Under the pieces are notes generated by a model that had not been told where the DNA came from, ran no database searches, and worked only from the letters and a program-made list of their open reading frames with translations. The translations under genes and the position numbers were made by a program. A stretch of DNA of 64,000 bases from Bugula neritina. Taxonomy: Eukaryota; Animalia; Bryozoa. This document shows, piece by piece, positions 12,846 through 23,169 of this stretch (position 1 is its first letter; the number at the start of each line of letters is the position of its first letter). The DNA lies in NCBI GenBank assembly GCA_964035545.1, contig OZ037766.1, positions 4,330,722-4,394,721 of the forward strand. The letters run 5' to 3'.

Positions 12846-15800
12846 AATCTCTCGCTGACTATCAACAAACATTACCACAAGTTCACAGGGTATACATAAT
12901 AATGAAGCAACTTTAGTAGCTTGAATAGTTTACAAATTTTAATGATCTGTGTAAAAAGGAAGAGCAAGAAATTGCTTTAAAAATTATATAAATATCATTT
13001 TCTATGACAATGGCACTTTTTCTCTCTACTTGGTGTAATTGCCTTTTACAGAAACTTGCAGCTAGTTTGTTATAGCCATAGAGTGTGTACCAGAAGATAG
13101 AATAGGATATGTGAAAAAAAACTTTAAATTTTAAAAAGATATCTTAGCCTACCTCTTATTTAGAAGAAGCTTCTACATGCTATGAATCTGCAGTACGGTG
13201 TTCTATCTCCAGGCACATGCATGCAAACTGAGATGTTGCGTTGGAATAGTTCAATAATAGATTCCTGACTAATGAGGCGTGAATGACATTTTGCATATAG
13301 CATTTAGTTCAACAATTTTGTATATATAACTTAGTGCCAGCCTCGTATCAAGACATTTTTCATTCTATTGCTATTTCGCCACCGCAGCATGCGACGAAGT
13401 TTATTATGCGTATGGGTGTGACCTTTAGCTCATAGTTTAGTTTGGTGTTCTATTTTAGAACTTGATTGCTTTTTCCTAGCCAGACAACTGCTTATTATGC
13501 ACAATTTTGCTAAGACTTCTAGCAATTCTGCATCTATATATCTATGTTTTGCTGCAGATTATGTATAAGTACTTATGTGTATATAATTATATATATACAC
13601 TTAGTTCATATTTGAAAAGTCCTTTATTTAAAAAAAGCAATACTCCTTTTTAGAAATAACTTACTTTATAAATATAAACTGCAACATAATATTAGCTTTA
13701 TCACCAGAGAGAAATGATACTTCGTTATGCCTCAAATTTCTATCTAGACTAACATATAAATTATATAGCATACATGCTGCCAAGCTACATATAATTTTTT
13801 TCTTATTATAGCATGTCTTTTTTTAGAAAACTTCTACTTTTGTCTATTAAACTATGGAAGACAAGTTACTAAAAGAAAGACAACTTCTATTCAATTTAGG
13901 CAAAAGGTGTAGTTGGTAAATTTTTCAGCTGTAAATTCAATACTAGCAACAAACAAAAATTTTTTCTAGCATTACGCGCTATTTAAGATTAAATTGGTGT
14001 AATTTAGACATGTTTTCTAGTATGAATAGCCCTTGATGCTGTGGGCTGTTTTCGATAACCTTTCAACAACTGAAAGGTTTAGCAATGAAAGTGTTCTTAA
14101 AAGTGAATAGTATAATATATTATTAAATATGCCGCACTATATCTGTGATACAAGACACATCATATTTGCGCATAGTAATTTATATATTGATGGTAAGGCT
14201 GATGAGACATCTTTATGAAGACTTTAGCCATCAGTATAGTCATAATATTTAAAAACTACTATATAGTGATGGTCTACCAACACATGGCTTTGTCTTGAAG
14301 CAAATAATGCTTATGAGAGACTTGAGTAAACACTAGTTTTCCAACAGCTAATAGTAAGTAAATGAAAAGGTTCGGTATATTATATAGTTATTGTCACATG
14401 CTGTAACAGCTGAACTATGGAGTGACAGGTTGAAGTGTTATGATATGCAAGTGTCTGAAAATGGTACGCTTTTTGGCATACAAGTATCATAGTTTATCTA
14501 GTCTGACAATAGAGTCAGTACAATAACAATCTTACTTGGCACGCTGAGTTGGACGCTGCATACATATCATGTGAGTTGCCAGATGCTATATATTTCTAGT
14601 TTCTAGTAGTAACTTGTGTAAGCATAGGGCCATACAACGAGGAGTTTCTGCATGCAGGTCCAAATATTTGAAAATCCACACACACAATGCATTAGTTGTG
14701 AGTGCAAAAAGCTTATTAGCTAATGATTTATTGCCATTTAACTTTGCTGCTTGCCTACAGGTGTTTGTTTTTTAATCTACATCATCTGTAAAGCGACTTA
14801 GATATTATGGAAAATGCAAACTATTTGAAACTGTTTTAAATCAGTTCGCTAAAAGTTAAAACAAGAATTGAAATTAAAAAAGTGTGCTCGCTAATGAAAA
14901 CCAACCAATTAGATCAAACTCACACGAGCTTTCTGCACTCTCCGCTCAGCACGTTATCCCCATTTTTGGGCTAGACGGGTTTCCAAGCATGTGGCCCTTT
15001 GCTAACAGTGTCGCAGAAGAACAATAAGAATCGCAAGGTATGTGTTGTTTTCAGAGAAAGTTTTAGCCCATTGTTTTGGCTAGTAATGACCTTACATGAG
15101 AGGAAGAAGGAAAGAGAGAAGCAATGTTTAAATAAGTTAATAAGAAATTTACATTTTGTCAACCAAATATTATAGTTACATAGGACTTATAGTTGAATAA
15201 GTTTACAATTTAAAAGAAGGTTAGCCATTTAAGTAGAAGTCTGAAGTTTGTTAGTTAAAGCTTTTAAGTAGCTCAGATGGCTTCTGAATGTTCATGAATA
15301 ACTAATTAGGGTCAGCTTTGCCATTTATATTGTGTTTTAGAGTTTTGCGCTTTTATAAGATGAACAAACATTCATGCCCGTTTATATACATCTTGCAGAA
15401 TGTAGTCATCCTCGGTATGCTTGCAATGGTAATAAGCAAATATAACTAGGTGATCCCACTAAATACATATAATAAAAGCATAACAGGCTATTCTAATGCC
15501 CCTTTTTTTTTAAAATATAAACAGCTATAGCTTTAACAATCTAGAGAGAAGCATGAGCTTAAAATAAGTAGATATTTTGTCATAATTTTAGTTTAAGCTT
15601 GGCTTATGTTCGTGAGATTTATTAGCGCATACTGGAGTTTTCTCCTCAACATAAGAAAATACTGTAATGGATTTTCATCCCCTGTTGTGCTGGAAAGTTC
15701 TAGAATGCATTGCATCATTATTACTAACTATTGCATTATTATTATAATTATACTCTTTTGTGTAGCTTTTATGAATGCCTTCAAAAGGTTGTTATTATAG

Positions 15801-16657
15801 CTAAACTCTTGGGTTATTGAATTATTCATTTTTCTTTGTCTACTTTTCTTTTGTTTCTGTCAAGCTTAACTTTCTTCTGTCTGTTGGAAAATTCTAGAGT
15901 GTGTATGAAAGCAGGCGAGTTACAAAGAGATATGTTCAGCACTTAAGTTTCATTCAACCCACAAAGTTACTACAATACGTTCACTATTGCTTATATAACT
16001 AATATTTTTTCTTATGGGAGCAATAATTATGGTCAGTTGTAATTAATTTTCTATTTCTTGCTATTTAAAATGTTACAATAAGCAATTAAATAGCTTCATT
16101 TAATACAACTGCAACTTTATAGGATAAGATTGTTTTATTTTGTAATAAATCTAAGTAGGTTGTCAATAACGTGATAAGCACTTCCCTGGATGCAATGTTT
16201 ATTGATCTATTTATGATTGTCCAAAAATGTGGACATGACCTGGAGATGCCTATCTCATGATGGCATGTATCTGGAAACAGGGTCACTGCTATTTTGTCAT
16301 GCAGTTGCTACATAATATATACATTCCTAGTCACGAGACTTTCAAATCTCAGAAAACATTTATATATACAAAAACTCAATTTATACATATAGAAATAAAC
16401 ATTTATTTATCACTCTATAACAACTTAATGTATAGTTAGCCTACATAAGTTATTGTTTGTAAAGTGATATACCTTGTAAACAAGAATTTTTACATTCAAA
16501 TAATTTCATAATAATTACATCTTGATTAATTCAGGTTATTTAGCCACTATTGTGCAAAGCAGTGTTTTATAGCATTGTTTTTAGTAAAAACTTGTACCAG
16601 AAAAGCATGTAAGAGCCAAAAACAATATACCATACTTGGATATTATTGCAAAACATA

Positions 16658-16720
16658 GTGGTAACATCAAATTGAGATAGCCTGTTGCCAGATTTATATC
16701 TCAACTGTCATTTTTCTCAC
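16658..16720 (-). promoter_or_regulatory. SECIS element (type II) in the 3'UTR of deiodinase-like gene B
   Basis: Minus strand reads AUGAC-AGUUGAGAUAU-AAA-UCUG-GCAA-CAGG-CUAUCUCAAUU-UGAU: 10-bp helix II, AAA bulge, ministem capped by a GNRA loop. About 195 nt after the stop. Confidence 0.92.
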
Positions 16721-16913
16721 GGATGTTTTGGAAATATCTAGGAAGTATACTTGTTGGTTAAATTGCTTTATCAATAAACAATATATGAAAATATAATATT
16801 GTCACGTAGCTACTAAATACTGATATTCATAATGTAACACTTGTATGTAAGCTATGTACTAGTAAATGTAGTAAACTATAGAAGCTGAATTGCATCCTTT
16901 AATTTAAGTATGT

Positions 16914-19428
16914 TTAAATGCTAGATGTGTAATTCTGAATAAATGCCTCCAGCTCCTTGATACTGTAGAAGAATGGCCCAAAACCCCCTGCATACACCAC
17001 TGTACCGTCTAGTACCACATACAGCCTCTCTGGGAAAGCTGCGTACTTTAAGCTCACGGAGTTGTCCATCATGTCCACCAAGATTGGGCACTTCATATTA
17101 CAATCTGATTTCATATCTTCTGCTGTCTATAACATGAAATATATACACCGAATGCAGTATTCCATGCGTTAGCACCAACTAACTAATTGAATTACAATTG
17201 CAGGCAACAAATAAATTCATACAAGTGGAACAGTTTTTAGCGATTCAAGTGTTATTCTGCAAACTCTTGCAATAAACATGATCATAATTGAGCAAATAAA
17301 TGTTCTAACAAAGCATTTGTCAGTTCAACGTAGATCTTAAATACTTTGTCTTTCAAAACTTACAAATGGCCAATTAATCAAAGCAAATACTTTGCATAGT
17401 AAATGTTTGAATTTTATTTGACTTTATATAAAGTTACTTCTGATTCCAATTTATATTTTGCATTACTATAATATATATTTACATTCTCGAGAGCTTGGAC
17501 AATTACACCAATTGTCAATCCATTAATTATTTCAAAGTTATATTTTTTTCAATATAAGAACCAATGCAACATATACCTGCATTCTTTCACTAGCAGTGGT
17601 AGCTTGGTTTATTTCTTTATATTCAAGAGGATGAGCTTCTGCAATGTAGACTGCAGCAAAGTCCATCGACTCTTTGTATTGGTCGGCGAGATCACAGAAT
17701 ACCTGCATCTCCCCTCTCCACAATAAAACACTCAAATCATTAATAAAATGAGGCAATGCTAACACAAAAGTAATACAAATGTATATATATTACACATTTA
17801 CTACCAAAGGGAAAAAGTTTTTATAACAACAAGATTCTATTTGAAAATCTTTTCTTCTCTTTTAAAGCAGAATATAGATTTTCAACTGCTATAAAATACA
17901 GAATAAATATCAATTGCAAAACTACAGTTCATAAGAAAAAAGGGTGTGTCCAGCAGTAAATGGTAAATTGGGTTTAAAATTTACCTGAAGGGGTGTCAGG
18001 TATAGCTGCCAAAGTTCAACACCATAGGTCGGCCTTTTTTAGCAAATGATAGAAGTGTTGACACTTTCTTAGATTCTAAGTCTATGACATCCCCATCAGG
18101 AGCAGGCAACCCTTGATATGCTTGTTTGTAAAGGGCATTTGTGAAGAGTATATATAACCCTTGACTCTAGAATAGATATTTTTGCATTGAAGTCGTCTGA
18201 CATTCTTCTACAGACATGCATGAAATGAACACTCATAATAATATGTTACGCATTTTCATGTTTCAATTAATGATAGAAATAATGTAGAATAGGAATAATG
18301 TAGGCTATTTGCTTTAGTGTTGACACTACAAATTGGCAATTTAAGTTCTCCCTTTGAACAAATTTAGTATGTAGTATATTTTATTTAAACTTCACTCTGC
18401 ATATAGTCTTGCTAATTTATATCAACCCAAACGCTTGATAATTTTGCTAATATAACTATATGCACATGCATGCACATAAGTTATTAAGTTGCGAAAAGCA
18501 TGTATAGTAATAATATACACCTAAGGTACATGTTTTGAGCTATATTATTTTAAAAATTTAGGCGTTATAAAGTTAGAACGCACAATGAGTATAGTAACTC
18601 CTGCTACGTTCTTATTTCAACCGTAAATAAATAAAATTTATGAGCTTGCAGAAAAAATGCCAAACAAGTAAAACATCTAAACTTGTAAAAAATTTAGTTT
18701 TTCTCAGCAATACATTGACTTTGTTATATACCTAATTGAATTGAGTAAACATGGGTTATATAGTAAACTTACAAAAACGCCAGAATAGTGGCAGAGATAT
18801 CTAACCCAAGTTTTAGCATCACTGCTGAAATTCTTTCTCAACACATCATTGGAGATGACGCTAGCTATGAAATCTATAACATTATCAGTAATATGTAGCA
18901 ACTTTAACAGTGATGTAATACAGCATGCACACTAAAGTTTTATGCTTGCACAAATAACATCGTCTACCTAACTTATAGAAAATAGGAACATGGTTAAAAA
19001 CTATATTTGTATATTTTGCATGTCTATCTATTATCTACAGTTTAATTATCTAAAAGAGCACGCGCATATATATATAGTTATTACTAATTTGCAGGTTGCA
19101 AGACTTAATAGCTGTTTTTCTTTGCAACTATTTGTCTCTAAAACTTGAACTTAGCCAAATTTTGCTTAATTCTGCACCAATTAGAGCATATGTTTATTAC
19201 ATGCAGTCAAATGCTTGGCAGTTCTTTACCTGCGACCAATTTCTTACCTCCTACAAGTTGGTTTGCCGAATCTTCTAATTTTTTAAATCCAAGATAATCA
19301 GAAAACAGAAAAACAATATTCATAATAAAGACAACAACTAACAACCCGAGTGTTTGACTTAAAGCTAATATCAGTCTGATGGAGATATGCCATGGAGGTT
19401 GAGGCTCTATCGTCTCTGTCACCCCCAT
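16914..19428 (-). CDS. DIO: Iodothyronine deiodinase-like selenoprotein B (271 aa, Sec at TGA 17996-17998)
   Basis: Exons 19248-19428, 18773-18873, 17985-18166, 17577-17715, 16914-17126 (816 nt), with the same phases as paralog A. RPMVLNFGSYT(TGA)HPF; VYIAEAHP; CPILVDMMDN..AFPERLYVV..YAGGFGP; SECIS downstream. Confidence 0.92.
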
Positions 19429-19474
19429 GCTGTCAAATAGAACAATACCTACAATAATTATCACAGCCCGGCGT

Positions 19475-19677
19475 GCACAAACTTACACACAAACACACAC
19501 ACACACACAAACACACACAAACACGCACACACACGCACAAACACACGCACACACAAACACACACAAACACACACACGCACACACACACACAAACACACGC
19601 ATGCACGCACAAACACACGCACACACACAAACACACGCACACGCACAAACACACACACAAACACACACACACACAAC
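19475..19677. repeat. Imperfect (CA)n/(TG)n microsatellite immediately upstream of deiodinase B
   Basis: About 200 bp of CACA/CAAA/CACG units; source of several spurious ORFs in the track. Confidence 0.95.
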
Positions 19678-21719
19678 CGTTATATAAAACACAACGACAA
19701 AATCACTAAAAACACCGACTTTATATAGCGCAATTTAAAACCCAATAAAAGTGCTTTCTTCATATCAACAATTCAAGTTTTGCAATATTAGGAATATGTT
19801 TACATCTTCTACGCTAGAAATTTATAACAAATACCTGTAATGGTGAAGTGAAAGATTTAAGTTCACATTTGTGTCCACTCAGCCAGCAAGTTTATCAAGT
19901 CACTGTATTACCACAGTCTACCGTCACCCAATTCTAAAGTTCAACTGATAAGGAAATGTAAAAATAAATAATCTGCCCAGCAACAGTAACAATGAAACAC
20001 AGTAATGCATGTATGCTTGGTCACTGTCATGTCAAGGGGTTTGCAGGCAATTTTGAAATAGTTTGTTGGCAAATGTGGCTTATAACATGGAAGGCAACTC
20101 CAAAAATCATTTCAAACCACACTTTAGGTAATATCAGACACTGACTGATGTGATAATACAATTGGTTGAATTGAATCTCACAGTTCTATACCCAACTTTT
20201 ATTGCAATTGTCAAATTAATTAGTTCAACTTCATGTACCCACAAAGCACACGGCACACGCATATAAGTTTGAGATAGATGATTACATAAAAACTTAAATA
20301 AAAGTAAATAAAATAAATAGCATATATTTATTAAGATCAACAAATTCTATATATAATCTACATTTCAACTTTCTAGTAGCAAGCCACCCATAGTATTTAT
20401 TCGTATCACTGTTACCATTAACCTATGACCATCAGTTTGTCAACACATATGCACAAAAATACAAACATAAAGGTGAATTTTATATAACTATACAGTGTAA
20501 TGTCTATTGGAACTTCTAATTGTAACTTGTATGATATAAGGTTGCAAGCAGACAAAAAGTTTCAGTCAACTTTAACCTAAAACTTTCTGCTAACTTACAT
20601 TATGTAACGACTAATTTTTAAACAATTGGTGATTTCATCTCTGTAGCTGTTTTAGATACTGGGGGTTTTCAGATATACGTTAAGTACCTAATGCAACGCA
20701 ACGTGTATATATACACGCAATTATATTCTAGATAGCTGTGTATAATATAATGGTATATAATATATATATATTCTATACATTATATATATATAATGTTACG
20801 TTTCTATTGTACTAACCGGCAGTATTGTTTGTAGAAGCTTCTTCTCTTCCGTCACGTCTGATTAGGACGAACTTCAGCACAAGAGATCAGAGATTTTTTT
20901 GCAGCTGTCACATCAGTTCAGAGTGATCTCTCCTTATAAGTTATACTTATGCTAGCTAGAGCTCCGATGCTTGATGTAAAGGTTATAAGATTAGCGAAAG
21001 TGTCAAGTATGGCATTTCTAAAGACTAAAATATGCTCTAATCCTTAGTCTAGGAGTTCATGTACAGAAATGTATATGTTAAAATACGATAAAGTATGTAC
21101 GTTGTTGCTAAACTAAATATAAATGTATTATCTCCAGCAATTAAGTGAATGTCCTTATATATCGTGATAACCTCTATGTGTGTCTAATTATTGTTGCTAT
21201 TACTATAATATATTGTATATACTGTGTATATGGCAATAGCAATTTGGCAAAATATAATCATACAAAAGATGTAGAATACAAATGTAAGCATTCAATACAA
21301 GAGAGTATTAAGCCCTAACCAAAGTGACATGGAGTTGAATACTATATAATGTTGTATACTATATATCACTCATATCAGTGTATAGCACACGTAATGTCAG
21401 TTATAATATAATACCTCAAAACATCTATAGCACTGTGATAGTCATTAATGTATTAGCCAATAAATAAAACTAAAATCATATAAAAAACATGTAAATATAT
21501 TATTCATGGTCTTTTATTATACAGGCAAGTTATTGCGGTTTTACTACTAGAGGATAAAGTTAGAGTTGTCCACCTCTCTATCGCCATTTTCTGAGATGTC
21601 ATAAAGGATATATGTCGTATTTTACGACTGTTGAGTCGAATATAAAAACAATAATCGATCCCATCTAGTAATTATGTGACTGGTTTCCGTTTTATATGTA
21701 AAATATCAGTAATCCTTGT

Positions 21720-22620
21720 AATACTTGTACTAATACTAATACTATTACTAATAGTGTAATAGTAATACTTATACTTGTACTAATAGTAATACTTATACTT
21801 ATGCTTATAATAACACTAACAGTATGAGTATTATCAATAAATATATAAATTAATTTTCTTCAAGCTCAGGTAATAAATCGGTTTTAGTAATATGAATATC
21901 AATATCAATATCAATATGCAAGTTTGACTATAAGTATAAATATAAGTATATCAATATGAATATACCAATAATTATAATATATCAATAATTTTTATGTGCA
22001 ATATGAATATGCATATTCACTTATTGAATATGCATATTCATATTGCATATAAACATTTTCTGCTGTAGACTAGCAGTAGCACTAGCAGTAGCACTAGCAT
22101 GGCACAAAAATTCAAAATCAAAATGAAAATGAGCATTCACTCTCCATCACTATCAGTGTCAGTGTCACTCACAGTCACTGCGACTGTCAGTCCGAGTCTC
22201 AAGTTTATTTGATCACTAATAATAAATCAATATCATACTCATACAGTGATACTGACTATCAGTACCATTATGACTATCACTTATCAGTATGATTATCATT
22301 ATCATTATAAATATGAGTGTATTAAGTTCAACTGTGACATTAAGTGGTTAAATACCAGTATTACTATTAGTATTACTAATGGCATTAGTATCACTATTAG
22401 TATCACAGCCACTAAAACTATGGTTATGACTATCACTATGACTATGAAGTGTGAGTATCACTGTCATTAGTATCACTATGAGTATGTATGGTGTCAGTAT
22501 CAGTATGATTATGAATATTAATAGGAGTATCAGTATCAGCAGGTGTAGCAGTTTCACTATGACTATGACTATCAGTATGACACTGGCTTTGAGTCACTAT
22601 GACTAAGTCTAATGAGTAGA
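21720..22620. repeat. Degenerate hexamer low-complexity repeat (ACTAAT/ATCAGT/ACTATG-type)
   Basis: Runs of actaat, tatcag, actatg and tatcaa; a similar tract at about 56010-56125. Confidence 0.7.
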
Positions 22621-23169
22621 TTTTCCAAAAGCACTATGACTATCTATGCATACGGCCTGTAAGTTGAAAAATCATTTGAAATTATTACACAGTATTACTG
22701 AATACCATAATCAACTATTGTAAAAATGGTATTGTTATAACATGTTGCAAATAATGATAGTTTTTTGTATAAGCTTGAGCAAAGTATGTATTGGAATATT
22801 ATGTACTTATAGGAAAGTTAAATGTGTAAGTATTAATATAACACAATATAGGAACTGAAACTTTGAATTAATAAAATTAATAAAAATTGACTTGTATAAT
22901 CGAAGACATAACCTATAGATTTGATGGCCTAATATTCTGTTATCATATATTTTTATTAACTTTATTGTTTGCAACTGAAAGAAATGAGGAGCTGGGAGAA
23001 CAGAGTTGCATGTTTTCATTTTTGTAAAGAAAGTGCCAATACTATGTTATATAGTTTTTCGTGCCTTCTATTTTAGAGTCAGCTAAATGAAATCTTCAAC
23101 ATGTAAAATATAGAATTTTATTTTAAGGTGAATAATTTTTAGTAATTTGTTATAGCGAATGCCAATGGC

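Noticed and set aside
12900-16100. Third deiodinase copy or hidden gene between paralogs A and B
   Set aside because: I found no deiodinase motifs or consistent exon chain on either strand by eye; small remnants cannot be excluded without tblastn.
16234-16295. Possible second SECIS or hairpin downstream of deiodinase B
   Set aside because: Only short stems (tgacc/ggtca, atgcc/ggcat), with no AUGA..AA..GA geometry on the minus strand.
19427-19709. His/Thr- and Cys/Val-rich ORFs (also 33008-33336)
   Set aside because: Translations of CA/TG microsatellites.
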